DNA of 64,000 nt from NCBI GenBank assembly GCA_022566895.1, contig JADFIA010000009.1:3925-67924 (forward strand). Direction: 5' to 3'. Under the pieces are notes generated by a model. That model saw only the letters and a list, made by a program, of their open reading frames with translations, ran no database searches and was not told the origin of the DNA. Of this stretch, positions 36,033 to 46,277 are shown piece by piece (position 1 is the stretch's first letter; each line of letters opens with the position of its first letter). This DNA is from Pseudomonadota bacterium (GTDB lineage: Bacteria > Pseudomonadota > Alphaproteobacteria > Sphingomonadales > SMXR01). Made by a program: the position numbers and the translations under genes.

Positions 36033-38339
36033 GTGGGACCGGGGCCAGTGCTTGAAAAATTTCCGTCTGGAATTGGTCGCAAAAGTCGCCTCGGGCCGGG
36101 GTTCGACTGCCCGAAAGCGGTGCTTTTGGCCGCCTTGGCCCTGGTTGCGGCGCCCCAGGCGGTGGCCGAGGAGGACAACGGATTTTTCCTGGTAGCCGAC
36201 AACAGCATTCCGTTCGAACGGATCAGCGTTATCGGTAGCCGCCAGCGCCAGTATGAAATTCCCGGCGCCGCGACCTTTATCGGCGCCGACCAGCTCGAGG
36301 CTCACCATTACGACGATATTCACCGCATCCTGCGCATGGTCCCCGGGGTCAATATCCAGGAGGAGGACGGCTTCGGCCTGCGGCCCAATATCGGCCTCAG
36401 GGGCAGCGGCGTCGACCGCTCGTCCAAGATCACCCTGATGGAGGACGGCGTGCTGATCGCCCCGGCGCCCTACGCCGCCCCGGCGGCTTATTATTTCCCC
36501 ACCGCCGGCCGCCTCGAGGCGGTCGAGGTGCGCAAGGGCTCGAGCGCCATCAAGTTTGGTCCGCGCACCATCGGCGGGGCGATCAATCTGGTCTCCAGCC
36601 AGATCCCCGAGGAACCAATGGCCCGCCTGCGCCTGCGCCGCGGTCAGCATGGCCTGATCGAAGCCCATGGGCTGATCGGCGGCGAGAGCGGCGGCTTCGG
36701 GGCGCTCCTGGAGACCTTCCAGGCCTCCAGCGACGGTTTCAAGGAGCTCCCGGCGGGCGGTAAGACCGGTTTTAGGATCGAAGATTACCTGGCCAAGTTC
36801 AGCTTTTCGAACGACCCGGCGGCAGATCTTTATCAGACCTTCGAGATAAAGCTCGGGCTGACCGATCAACGCTCACGCGAGACCTATCTGGGGCTCACGG
36901 AGGCCGATTTTGCGGTCAATCCGTTCCAGCGTTACGCGGCCTCGGCCAACGATGTCTTCAACTCGCGCCATTACCAGATCCAGGCCAGCCACTATATCGA
37001 GTTGTCGCCGCGGCTCGACCTGACAACCACGATTTACTGGAACCGGTTCGAGCGCGACTGGTTCAAGCTCGACGATCTCGACCTGGGCGACGGCCGCGGC
37101 CGCATCCGCCCGAGTGTCATTTTCGACGACCCGTCGGATCCTTTGAACCAGGCCGCGCTGGCCATCCTCAAGGGACAGGCGGACAGCATCGACGACGCCC
37201 TGCAATTGCGCCACAACAACCGCGAATATTACAGTTGGGGGGTCCAGACCCTGCTCAACGCCAGCCTCAAGACCGGGGCCCTGGACCACGAATTGCAGAT
37301 CGGCCTGCGCTACCACGAGGACGCCGAGGACCGGCTCGAGCACCGCGAAAACTTTCGCATGGAGAACGGGCGGTTGGTCCTGACCTCTGTCGAGGCGCCC
37401 GGCAGCCTGTCGAACAGAGTCGCCCGGGCCCGCGCCTTTGCCGCTTTTGTGCAGGACGAGATCGTTTGGGGCCGTTGGCGCCTGGTGCCGGGGGTGCGGC
37501 TTGAGAAAATCCGGCTTGAGCGGCGCGATTTTTCACCGAGCGACCCGGACCGGCTTTTGGGCCCGAGCGCCGTGCGGCGCAATCATCTGACCGTGGTCAT
37601 CCCCGGGTTCGGCGTGGGTTATCAGGCCCGGCCCGGCCTGACCTTCCTGGCCGGCCTGCACAAGGGCTTTTCACCGCCCAGTCCCAGCGAGGCCGAGGCG
37701 CGCCAGGAAAAAAGCGTCAACCTGGAGGCCGGCCTCAGGTATATCGAGAATGGTCTGAGGTTCGAGGCCATCGGTTTTTATACGCGCTATTCGAATCTCG
37801 TGGGCATCTGCTCGAACGCGGTCGGCTGCGCGGCCGGCGAGATCGGCGACCAGTTCAACGGCGGCCGGGCCGGGGTCAAGGGTCTCGAGCTGTCGGCCAG
37901 CTATCTGATCGGTCTCAAGCCGGGACTGTCGATGCCGATAAGCTTCAATTACACCTATACCCAAGCCAAATTCGGCTCCAGTTTTTCGGACGGTTTCTGG
38001 GGCGACGTGATCGAGGGCGACCGCTTGCCCTACATCTCGCCGCACCAAGCGCACGGCGCCCTCGGCCTCGAAGGGATAAACTGGGACATGAATGTGAACT
38101 TTAGTTACACCTCGGCGACCCGCAGCCAAGCCGGGCAGGGGCCGATCCCGGATCTTGAGAAGATCGGCGCCCGGGTCATCTTCGATCTCGGTGGTGGGTA
38201 TGATTTTGGCCAATATTTCCGCCTGTTCTTGACCGTCGACAATCTCTTTAACCAGGTTTACGTGGCGGCCCGCCGTCCCTACGGCGCCAGACCCGGCAAA
38301 CCGCGCACGCTTACCGGCGGCCTCGAAATCACCTTTTAG
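36033..38339 (+). CDS. TonB-dependent receptor, FecA-like iron receptor family
   Basis: EEDGFGLRPNIGLRG, EDGVLIAPAPYAAPAAYYFP, VEVRKG; ends in Phe. Real start is probably further downstream. Confidence 0.9.
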   Translation: MGPGPVLEKFPSGIGRKSRLGPGFDCPKAVLLAALALVAAPQAVAEEDNGFFLVADNSIPFERISVIGSRQRQYEIPGAATFIGADQLEAHHYDDIHRILRMVPGVNIQEEDGFGLRPNIGLRGSGVDRSSKITLMEDGVLIAPAPYAAPAAYYFPTAGRLEAVEVRKGSSAIKFGPRTIGGAINLVSSQIPEEPMARLRLRRGQHGLIEAHGLIGGESGGFGALLETFQASSDGFKELPAGGKTGFRIEDYLAKFSFSNDPAADLYQTFEIKLGLTDQRSRETYLGLTEADFAVNPFQRYAASANDVFNSRHYQIQASHYIELSPRLDLTTTIYWNRFERDWFKLDDLDLGDGRGRIRPSVIFDDPSDPLNQAALAILKGQADSIDDALQLRHNNREYYSWGVQTLLNASLKTGALDHELQIGLRYHEDAEDRLEHRENFRMENGRLVLTSVEAPGSLSNRVARARAFAAFVQDEIVWGRWRLVPGVRLEKIRLERRDFSPSDPDRLLGPSAVRRNHLTVVIPGFGVGYQARPGLTFLAGLHKGFSPPSPSEAEARQEKSVNLEAGLRYIENGLRFEAIGFYTRYSNLVGICSNAVGCAAGEIGDQFNGGRAGVKGLELSASYLIGLKPGLSMPISFNYTYTQAKFGSSFSDGFWGDVIEGDRLPYISPHQAHGALGLEGINWDMNVNFSYTSATRSQAGQGPIPDLEKIGARVIFDLGGGYDFGQYFRLFLTVDNLFNQVYVAARRPYGARPGKPRTLTGGLEITF

Positions 38340-38436
38340 GAGCCACCTCGACCGGGCGCCGAGGGCGGCCCGGCTTTGCAAATGGGCCGGCCGGCGGTAT
38401 CTTTCCCTGGAAGTGCAGTTTCGAGGCGTTATTGTG

Positions 38437-40482
38437 ATGCGCAAACGCGATCTGATCGTCCTTGGTCTGGCCGCCCTTTCGGTGGCCTGCGAGGGTTTCA
38501 GCGGGGGTGGACCGACGATGATCGTCGAGCCGCCGCGGCTCGAACTTGCCGGCTTCGACCCTCAGACACGGCCGCAGGACGATTTTTACCGCTGGGTCAA
38601 CGGCGCCTGGTTGCGCGGCGTCTTGCTGCCGACGGAGCTCGGCGGCTACAGCGCCTTTGTCCAGGCAGCGGAAACGGTCGAAGTGCGGACTTTCGATATC
38701 ATTCTTGAAATCGCCCAAGGGGAGGGGCATGCGGCCGGCAGCGACCAAGAAAAGATCCAGGCCCTGTATCGACTTTATATGGACCGCGTGCTGATACAGC
38801 TCAGGGGCGCCAAATTCCTCACCGACTATGCGGATCTATGGTTGATCGAGGACACAAGTTATCTCGAGGTGATGATCGCCCGGCGTCGTGCATACGGCCT
38901 TTCGGCGCCGCTCGAGTTTCGCGTATTGCCGGACGCCGGGGGCTCGGGCAGAAATGTCCTCCATCTGTTGCAATCCGGGCTCGGATTGCCGGACCGGGAT
39001 TACTATCTGGCCGCGGCGCCGGGCGCGCCGCCGGGCGGCATTCTGGAAGCCTACGAGAAATACGTCGCCGACGTCTTTGATCTTCTGGAACTCGAAGCGG
39101 CCGCCAAGAGGGCGCGGGGCGTGATTGAGATCGAGCGGGCTCTGGCCGCCGCCCAATGGCCGGGCGTTGAAAGCCGGGATTGGGCCAAGACCTTCAATCC
39201 CTTTGACCTCGAGGGCCTCGAAAAACTGGCTCCGTCCTTTGAGTGGGCATGGTTATTCAAGCGCTTGGGGGTGCCGGAAATCGGCCGGGTGATCGTGCAA
39301 CAGCCCTCGTTCGTGGCCCAACTGGCCGGTCTGAAACAGGCTTTCACGGCCCGGCAATGGAGCGACTATTTCCTGTTTCATCTGGCCAACGACCTCCACG
39401 ATCTCCTGCCCGATGCGGTCTCCGCCGCCCGCTTCGCGGTTTTTGGCCGGCAACTTCGTGGTCAGAAAATGCGGCAGCGGTCCGAAGATCGCGTGGTCGC
39501 CTTTCTGAACCGGGTCATGGGCCCGGCCCTCGGACGGCTCTATCTCGAAAAACATTTCAGCGAGGCACAGAGAAGGGCAGTCGAGGATATCGCGCTCCAC
39601 ATCCGGGCCGGCTTTCGCAAGCGCCTTGAGGCCAATCGCTGGATGAGCGACGAGACGCGAAAGGCGGCACTCGGCAAACTTGACCGCATGAGTTTCCGCA
39701 TCGGCTCGGCGGCCCATCCGGTGGCGGACAAGGGCTTCGATATCGTTCCCTCATCGATCGTCGATACGGTCCTGGGCGCCGGACGGGCGCGGACGATCCG
39801 TGAGCTTGGGCGCCTCGGCCGATCGTCCCGTGGGGCCCAGGAGGCCCTGCTGCCGCAGACTGTAGGGGCCTACTATCAGGCCTCGCTCAATGTGGTGAAC
39901 ATCCCGGCCGGTATTCTGCAGGCACCCTTTTTCGAGGCCGGGCGCGAGGTCGATCTGAACTACGGAGCGATCGGCGGCATCATTGGCCACGAGATCATCC
40001 ACGGCTTCGATGATCAAGGCCGCAAGCTGGACCAGGACGGCCGCTTGCGGGACTGGTGGAACACCAACGATGCAGCCGAGTTTACCCGCTTTTCGGAGCG
40101 GCTGGTGGCGCAATATTCGGGCCTCGAGCCGCAGCCCGGCCTCAAGGTCGACGGCCGCCGGACCTTATCGGAAAACATCGGCGATCTCGGGGGCCTGATC
40201 GCGGCGCTGGAGGGCTTGCGCCTGTACCGGGCCGAAAATGGGCTCTCGGAGATCCAGGTTCGCCAGGCCGAGCGACGCTTCTTTATCGGCTGGGGACAAA
40301 CCTGGAGACGTATTTATACCGATGCGGAATTGCGCCGCCGGCTCCTCTCGGACCCTCATGCGCTGGCCGAATACAGGGTCAATTTGGTGCTGCAAAACCT
40401 CGGCGCCTTCCATCGGGCGTTTGACGTCAGGCCCGGCGATCTCATGTGGCGGCCGCCTGAAGAGCGCCTGACCATCTGGTAG
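38437..40482 (+). CDS. M13 (neprilysin/endothelin-converting enzyme-like) metallopeptidase lipoprotein
   Basis: Lipobox-like LSVAC; PQDDFYRWVNG, NYGAIGGIIGHEIIHGFDDQG, ENIGD; C-terminal IW. Confidence 0.92.
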   Translation: MRKRDLIVLGLAALSVACEGFSGGGPTMIVEPPRLELAGFDPQTRPQDDFYRWVNGAWLRGVLLPTELGGYSAFVQAAETVEVRTFDIILEIAQGEGHAAGSDQEKIQALYRLYMDRVLIQLRGAKFLTDYADLWLIEDTSYLEVMIARRRAYGLSAPLEFRVLPDAGGSGRNVLHLLQSGLGLPDRDYYLAAAPGAPPGGILEAYEKYVADVFDLLELEAAAKRARGVIEIERALAAAQWPGVESRDWAKTFNPFDLEGLEKLAPSFEWAWLFKRLGVPEIGRVIVQQPSFVAQLAGLKQAFTARQWSDYFLFHLANDLHDLLPDAVSAARFAVFGRQLRGQKMRQRSEDRVVAFLNRVMGPALGRLYLEKHFSEAQRRAVEDIALHIRAGFRKRLEANRWMSDETRKAALGKLDRMSFRIGSAAHPVADKGFDIVPSSIVDTVLGAGRARTIRELGRLGRSSRGAQEALLPQTVGAYYQASLNVVNIPAGILQAPFFEAGREVDLNYGAIGGIIGHEIIHGFDDQGRKLDQDGRLRDWWNTNDAAEFTRFSERLVAQYSGLEPQPGLKVDGRRTLSENIGDLGGLIAALEGLRLYRAENGLSEIQVRQAERRFFIGWGQTWRRIYTDAELRRRLLSDPHALAEYRVNLVLQNLGAFHRAFDVRPGDLMWRPPEERLTIW

Positions 40483-40483
40483 G

Positions 40484-40609
40484 GGTCATCCTTGATCAAT
40501 GCCAGGGTCGTCATTGATATGCCGGGGTCGTCATTGATCAATGCCAAGGTCGTCCTTGATCAATGCCAAGGTCGTCCTTGATCAATGCCAGGGTCATCCT
40601 TGATCAATG
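40484..40609. repeat. About six tandem 22-bp units GGTC(A/G)TC(C/A)TTGATCAATGCC(A/G)(A/G) with a palindromic TTGATCAA core
   Basis: Units start at 40484, 40506 (20 bp, lacks CA), 40526, 40548, 40570 and 40592 (partial). The array fills the gap between convergent stop codons. Confidence 0.92.
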
Positions 40610-41500
40610 AATGTGATCGTCGGCACAGGCGCCGCCTTCGATCTGCACGGTCGAATGCGAAATCCCGAAATTCTCATGCAACTCGCTCTTGATCCGCAAC
40701 AGGACCGGGCCGGGATCGGCGCCTTCGGCGATTGTCGCGTGCATGGTCATCAGCGGCCGCTCGGTGGTCAGCAGCCAGACGTGGATGTGATGAATGTCGG
40801 TAAGTTCGGGCACCCGGGCGATCAGACTGGATTTTAGCGCCTCGAGATCGAGCGACTCGGGCGTGCCTTCGAGCAGGATATGGGCCGCCCGGCGGACCAG
40901 CCTCCAACCGACCCGCAGGATCAGCAAACCGACCCCGATCGACAAAATGGGGTCGATCAGGGTCCAGCCGCTAAAATAAATCACCAGTCCGGCCATGATC
41001 GTCGCTACCGAGCCCAAAAGGTCGCTCATCACATGAAGAAAGGCCCCCTCGACGTTCATATCGTGCTTGTGGTCTTTATGCAGTACCGCGGCGATGACCA
41101 GATTCACAATCAGGCCAAGGCTGGCGATCAGCAGCATCGGCACGGCCAGGATCTCGGACGGTTCGGTGATCCGGTGAAAGGCTTCGATGAAAATCCAAAC
41201 CACCAGCACCAACAAGGCCAGACCGTTGGTGAAGGCCGCCAAGACCTGAAAGCGTTCGTAACCGTAGGAGCGTTTGGCGTCGGCTGGCCGCTTGGCCACC
41301 CGGGTCGCCCCCCAGGCCAGGCCAAGGGCGGCGGCGTCGGTCAGCATATGTGTGGCGTCGGCCAACAGGGCCAGAGAGCCCGAGATCAGCCCGCCGATCA
41401 CTTCGACGACCATGAAGGTCGCGGTCATGATCATGGCGATGAACAAAAGCCGGCTTTTGTCCCGGGAAGGATGTTTTGCGCCGTGCGTGTGGCCGGCCAT
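40604..41500 (-). CDS. Cation diffusion facilitator (CzcD/ZitB-like Zn/Co/Cd exporter)
   Basis: SLALLADATHMLTD, SYGYERFQVLAAF, HVMSDLLGS, HHIHVW, HSTVQIE. Confidence 0.93.
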   Translation of the reverse strand: MAGHTHGAKHPSRDKSRLLFIAMIMTATFMVVEVIGGLISGSLALLADATHMLTDAAALGLAWGATRVAKRPADAKRSYGYERFQVLAAFTNGLALLVLVVWIFIEAFHRITEPSEILAVPMLLIASLGLIVNLVIAAVLHKDHKHDMNVEGAFLHVMSDLLGSVATIMAGLVIYFSGWTLIDPILSIGVGLLILRVGWRLVRRAAHILLEGTPESLDLEALKSSLIARVPELTDIHHIHVWLLTTERPLMTMHATIAEGADPGPVLLRIKSELHENFGISHSTVQIEGGACADDHIH

Positions 41501-41503
41501 GAG

Positions 41504-42169
41504 CTATGACTCCAAAAGCCCGCGGATATTCTCGAAAACCTGTTCGAACATATCGACCGTCAGGCGCCGCGTATTGGTGTTGTAGCGCGAGCAGTGATAG
41601 CTGTCGACCAGCATCAGCCCGCCTTCGAGCCGATGAGTGGCATTGTGCCCGAAGGCGTGGGCGGAGCGTTTTTCCGCCAGCGCCGAAAGCGTGCTGTCGT
41701 GGGCAATCCGGCCCAGCGCCAGCAGCAACCGAAGCTTCGCCATCGAGCGGATCTGGGCTGCGAGAAACGGCCGGCAGTTGGTGATCTCGGCCCCGACCGG
41801 CTTGTTTTGGGGCGGCACGCAGCGCACAGCATTGGTGATAAAGACGTCATTGAGCCTCAGCCCGTCGTCCGGGCGGGCCTGATAGGCGCCGTCGGCAAAG
41901 CCGAACTTTGCCAGCGTGGCAAAAAGCAGATCACCCGCCCAATCGCCGGTAAAGGGCCTGCCGGTCCGGTTGGCGCCCTTGAGGCCCGGCGCCAGGCCGA
42001 TGATCAAAAGCCGCGCATTAGCATCGCCGAAGCCTGGAACCGGGCGGTTAAACCAGTCCGGATTAGCCGCCCGGTTGGTGGCCCGAAAAGCTTCAAGGCG
42101 GCTGCAGCGGCCGCAATCCGGGCTGGGTTCCGGGTCAAACCGTTCGGTCGTCCGATCTTTCAACTGCAC
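41504..42169 (-). CDS. Uracil-DNA glycosylase (family 5, UdgB-like)
   Basis: CGRC, GLAPGLKGANRTGRPFTGD, NAVRCVPPQNKP, YHCSRYNTNT. Confidence 0.92.
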   Translation of the reverse strand: MQLKDRTTERFDPEPSPDCGRCSRLEAFRATNRAANPDWFNRPVPGFGDANARLLIIGLAPGLKGANRTGRPFTGDWAGDLLFATLAKFGFADGAYQARPDDGLRLNDVFITNAVRCVPPQNKPVGAEITNCRPFLAAQIRSMAKLRLLLALGRIAHDSTLSALAEKRSAHAFGHNATHRLEGGLMLVDSYHCSRYNTNTRRLTVDMFEQVFENIRGLLES

Positions 42170-42324
42170 CTAGATGCTCCCGCTCTGGCCACCCCCGAAA
42201 CGGCGGCTTTGATCGACAATTCCAGCCATCTGCCCTATCACAGGACGCGGAGTTGAAACTGACGGCGGGGCCAGCCTAAGCCAAGTGAAATCCGCTGACA
42301 ACAGCCGCCCGCGGAGCGCCGACG

Positions 42325-42867
42325 ATGATTATTTTGGGGCTTGGAGCCAATCTCGAAAGCGACCAGGGCACCAGCCCCGCCGCCAGCCTCGAATTGGCTT
42401 GCCGGCGCTTCGCGGCGATCGGTATCGAAGTGCAGAGACGCTCGCCGTGGTTCGAAAGTGCGCCGGTGCCGATCAGCGACCAGCCCTGGTTCGTCAACGG
42501 TGTGGTGGGCGTTTCCAGCCAATTGAGTGCCCGGGAGATGCTGGCCGCGATCAAGCAGCTTGAAGCCTGGTTCGGACGCCGGGATGAGAGCCGCTGGGCA
42601 GCCCGGCCGATGGACATCGATATCCTCGATTACCGGGGTCAGGTCAGGCCCGATGTGGCGACTTGGCACCAAGGCTCGGAGGCCGACCGCTCGGCCCTCG
42701 TCCTGCCGCACCCGCGCCTTCATCAGCGGCGATTCGTGCTGGCGCCGCTCGAAGAAATGGCAGCCGACTGGCGGCACCCGGTGTTTCACAAGACGGCGGC
42801 CCAATTGCTGGCCGCCCTTGACGACGATCCGGCTGCGGTCCGGGCCCTGCGATCCGGGCCGTCGTGA
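42325..42867 (+). CDS. folK: 2-amino-4-hydroxy-6-hydroxymethyldihydropteridine diphosphokinase
   Basis: LGLGANL, DQPWFVNGV, RWAARPMDIDIL, LPHPRLHQRRFVLAPL. Confidence 0.95.
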   Translation: MIILGLGANLESDQGTSPAASLELACRRFAAIGIEVQRRSPWFESAPVPISDQPWFVNGVVGVSSQLSAREMLAAIKQLEAWFGRRDESRWAARPMDIDILDYRGQVRPDVATWHQGSEADRSALVLPHPRLHQRRFVLAPLEEMAADWRHPVFHKTAAQLLAALDDDPAAVRALRSGPS

Positions 42868-42880
42868 GTGCGGTTCCGGC

Positions 42881-42909
42881 TTTACACAGCCCCAAAGCCC
42901 ATGTATAAG
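42881..42909 (+). promoter_or_regulatory. Putative sigma70 promoter of rpoZ
   Basis: TTTACA-N17-TATAAG. Confidence 0.55.
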
Positions 42910-42941
42910 CCTGCGGTCCAGGCGAATATTGGAGTTGGCAA

Positions 42942-43358
42942 ATGGCCCGCGTAACCGTTGAAGATTGCATAACCAGAGTTCGCAACCGGTTCGATCTGGT
43001 TCTTTTTTCCTCCCAGAGAGCCCGGCAAATCGCGGGTGGAGACGAGCTGGAGGTTGAGCGGGACAACGACAAGAATCCGGTTGTGGCCCTGCGCGAGATC
43101 GCTGAAGACAAAATCAAGCCCAAAGATCTTAAGGAAGCCATTATTCAGAGCATGCAGCGCCACGTCGATGTGGACGAGCCGGAAGAAGACGATCTGAGCC
43201 TTCTTTTGGCCGGCCGGCGGGCCAGCGAGACGACTGACGTGCTGACGCCGGAGGCGCTTGAAAAGGCCGCAGCAGAGCTGCTTGCGGAACCGGCCAGTGA
43301 GCCGGTGGCCAAGAACGACGATGAACCCAAAGCCGAGGAAAAGCCAAGCAAAGAGTAG
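42942..43358 (+). CDS. rpoZ: RNA polymerase omega subunit
   Basis: [29 protein letters not shown]. Confidence 0.97.
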   Translation: MARVTVEDCITRVRNRFDLVLFSSQRARQIAGGDELEVERDNDKNPVVALREIAEDKIKPKDLKEAIIQSMQRHVDVDEPEEDDLSLLLAGRRASETTDVLTPEALEKAAAELLAEPASEPVAKNDDEPKAEEKPSKE

Positions 43359-43398
43359 TCAAACGGGACCGTGGGGCTCCGTGGCAAGAAAAATTAAT

Positions 43399-43426
43399 CC
43401 CGGCTGGGGCACCTGCCGGGTTTTTT
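43399..43426 (+). terminator. Putative intrinsic terminator between rpoZ and spoT
   Basis: CCCGGC...GCCGGG followed by TTTTTT. Confidence 0.55.
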
Positions 43427-43484
43427 ATTGGCCAAACCCTATGTAAGATCGCAAGGTCGGAAATTTGAAAAGGGCGAGAGCGAA

Positions 43485-45629
43485 GTGATCAGACAATTTG
43501 AACTGGTCGAAAAGGTGCGCAGCTACGATCCGCTGGCGGACGAGCAACTCTTGAACCGCGCCTACGTCTTCTCGATGAAGGCGCACGGCGCCCAGACTCG
43601 GGCTTCCGGCGACCCCTATTTCTCTCATCCTCTCGAAGTGGCGGGGATTCTGACCGATATGAAGCTCGATGGCGACACCATCGTCACGGCGCTGTTGCAC
43701 GATACGGTCGAGGACACCTTTGCGACCATCGACGAGATCGAGGAATTGTTCGGGGAAAGCATCGCCAAGCTGGTCGACGGGGTGACCAAACTGTCGCGGC
43801 TCGAGATCCAGACCGAGAGCGAACGCCAAGCCGAAAACTTTCGCAAGTTCCTCCTCGCCCTGTCCAACGATATCCGGGTGCTGCTGGTGAAGCTGGCCGA
43901 CCGGCTGCACAATATGCGGACCCTGTATCACATCGAAGATCCCAAAAAGCGGCGCCGCATCGCGCTTGAGACGATGGAAATCTATGCCCAGCTGGCGGAG
44001 CGCATCGGCATGCGCAAGATGAAGGCTGAGCTCGAGGATCTGGCCTTTCATGAACTCAATCCCGAGGCCTACGAGTCGGTTGACCAGCGGCTGAAATATT
44101 TGCGCAAGCGCGGCGGACGGGCGATAAAGGCGATCGCCCGTCAGATCCGGCAAGCGCTGTCCAAAGAAGGCATCGAGGTCGAGGTCGAGGGGCGCGAAAA
44201 GACTCCCTATTCGATCTGGCTAAAGATGGAGCGCAACAATATCACCTTCGAGGATCTGGCGGATGTGGTGGCCTTTCGGGTGATTGTCGAGGACGAGGAG
44301 GCCTGTTACCGGGCCTTGGGCGTGATTCACCGCAACTGGGCCATGGTTCCCGGCCGTTTCAAGGATTATGTCTCGACCCCGAAACGCAACGGCTACGAAT
44401 CGATCCACACGACCGTAATCGGGCCGCGGCAGTTCCGCATCGAAATTCAGATCCGCACCCGGGCGATGAACGCGGTGGCCTCGCGCGGCGTCGCTGCTCA
44501 CTGGCAGTACAAGCAGGGCAAGGAACCGGTCGAGGGCTCTCAATACCGCTGGATTCAGGAGCTATTGGAGATTCTTGACCAGGCCTCGACACCGGAGGAG
44601 TTTCTCGAGCACACCAAGCTTGAGATGTTCCAGGACCAGGTTTTTTGCTTTACACCCAAGGGTGAGCTGATCTCCTTGCCGCGCGGTTCGACGCCGGTCG
44701 ATTTCGCCTATGCGGTCCACACGGCGATCGGCGATACCTGCGTCGGCGCCAAGGTCAACAGCCGCCATGTGCCCTTGCGCCACCAACTGGACAACGGGGA
44801 CCAGGTCGAAATCTTGCGCTCCAAGGCGCAGCGGCCGTCGCCCCGCTGGGAAAGTTTTGTCGTTACCGGTAAGGCCCGCTCGGCGATTCGCCGCTTTGTG
44901 CGCGGCCAAAAACGGGCCGAGTACCGGACCCTTGGTAAAGATATTCTCAGCCATGCGTTCGAGCAGCAGGGCCTCGAATTTTCGGAAAAGGCGCTCAAGG
45001 AAGCGCCGGGCAAGCTCAAACTCCAGGACATCAACAATCTTTACGAACAGGTAGGGGTCGGCCACCTGACGGCCCGGCAACTGCTGCGTACGCTTTACCC
45101 GCGTAAGGAATTGAAACCGATATACCGTCCGGCCGCCATGCCGGTTCGGGACTGGGACCCGGAAGGATCGAGCCAGCATGCGGTGCCCATCCTCGGCCTG
45201 ACGCCCGGGGTTGCGGTTCATCTGGCCAGCTGCTGCCATCCACTGCCGGGCGACCGGATTGTCGGTATTGTCGATCCGGGCGAGGGCGTGACGATCCATA
45301 CTTCGGACTGCGAGGAGCTACAGGAAAAGGCCGATACGGCCGACGACTGGCTCGACGTGTCGTGGCAAAGCCACGGCGAAAAGCCGGCCTTCTATACCGG
45401 CCGGGTCAAGTTGATCGTTATCAACGAGGCTGGGGCGCTGGCCAAGATCGCCCAGTCGGTGGCCAAGCAGGGCGGCAATATTTCAAACCTGAAGATCACC
45501 GAACGTGACTCGGAATTTTATACCATGCTGATCGATATCGAGGTGCGGAACCTAAAACATCTGACCGATACTTCAACGGCGCTGCGCGGCATCGATGTGG
45601 TCAGCTCGGCCGACCGGGTGCGCGGCTAA
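43485..45629 (+). CDS. spoT: Bifunctional (p)ppGpp synthetase/hydrolase (RelA/SpoT homolog)
   Basis: HD motif ALLHDTVED; VKLADRLHNMRT; synthetase region; TGS (DFAYAVHT) and ACT domains. Likely GTG start at 43485. Confidence 0.96.
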   Translation: MIRQFELVEKVRSYDPLADEQLLNRAYVFSMKAHGAQTRASGDPYFSHPLEVAGILTDMKLDGDTIVTALLHDTVEDTFATIDEIEELFGESIAKLVDGVTKLSRLEIQTESERQAENFRKFLLALSNDIRVLLVKLADRLHNMRTLYHIEDPKKRRRIALETMEIYAQLAERIGMRKMKAELEDLAFHELNPEAYESVDQRLKYLRKRGGRAIKAIARQIRQALSKEGIEVEVEGREKTPYSIWLKMERNNITFEDLADVVAFRVIVEDEEACYRALGVIHRNWAMVPGRFKDYVSTPKRNGYESIHTTVIGPRQFRIEIQIRTRAMNAVASRGVAAHWQYKQGKEPVEGSQYRWIQELLEILDQASTPEEFLEHTKLEMFQDQVFCFTPKGELISLPRGSTPVDFAYAVHTAIGDTCVGAKVNSRHVPLRHQLDNGDQVEILRSKAQRPSPRWESFVVTGKARSAIRRFVRGQKRAEYRTLGKDILSHAFEQQGLEFSEKALKEAPGKLKLQDINNLYEQVGVGHLTARQLLRTLYPRKELKPIYRPAAMPVRDWDPEGSSQHAVPILGLTPGVAVHLASCCHPLPGDRIVGIVDPGEGVTIHTSDCEELQEKADTADDWLDVSWQSHGEKPAFYTGRVKLIVINEAGALAKIAQSVAKQGGNISNLKITERDSEFYTMLIDIEVRNLKHLTDTSTALRGIDVVSSADRVRG

Positions 45630-46255
45630 TGCTTGAGAGCCAGACGGAGAACGGGCCTATGGGACGCCAAGAAGTTTTGACCCATTTCCGTCAAGCGGGG
45701 GCTCTTCTAGAGGGGCATTTCATACTGTCGTCGGGCCTTCACAGCCCGGTTTATCTCCAGTGCGCGCGGGTTCTCATGGACCCCCGGAGGGCTGCGGAGC
45801 TGTGCCGGGCGCTGGCTTTAAAGGTGACAGCCGAATTTCGCGGCGCTATCGATCTTGTGATTTCGCCGGCCATGGGCGGTGTTGTGGTGGGTTATGAGAT
45901 GGCCCGGCAGCTGGGCACCGAAAGCATCTTCGCGGAGCGGCTCGACGGCCAATTCGCTTTGCGCCGCGGTTTCGAGATTTCCCCTGAGGCCCGGGTCCTG
46001 ATGGTCGAGGATGTGGTCACAACCGGCTTGTCGTCCCGCGAATGTATCGCCTGCATCCGCGACTGCGGGGGCCTGGTGGTGGGCGCCGCGTCGCTGGTAG
46101 ATCGTTCGGGCGGCAAGGCGAACCTCGGGGTGCGGCTGGTTTCTTTGCTGACCATCGAGGCGCCGACTTACCCGGCCGATGATCTGCCGGCGGAACTGGC
46201 GGCCATCCCGGCGGTCAAGCCGGGCAGCCGGTATTTGGGTCAGGACAAGGGATAG
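45629..46255 (+). CDS. pyrE: Orotate phosphoribosyltransferase
   Basis: GHFILSSGLHSPVYLQCA; PRPP motif VEDVVTTGLS. Confidence 0.95.
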   Translation: MLESQTENGPMGRQEVLTHFRQAGALLEGHFILSSGLHSPVYLQCARVLMDPRRAAELCRALALKVTAEFRGAIDLVISPAMGGVVVGYEMARQLGTESIFAERLDGQFALRRGFEISPEARVLMVEDVVTTGLSSRECIACIRDCGGLVVGAASLVDRSGGKANLGVRLVSLLTIEAPTYPADDLPAELAAIPAVKPGSRYLGQDKG

Positions 46256-46277
46256 GCGGCAGGCAAAGGGAAGGGCG

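Noticed and set aside
40484-40609. CRISPR array
   Set aside because: Units are contiguous with no unique spacers, and no cas genes are in the window.
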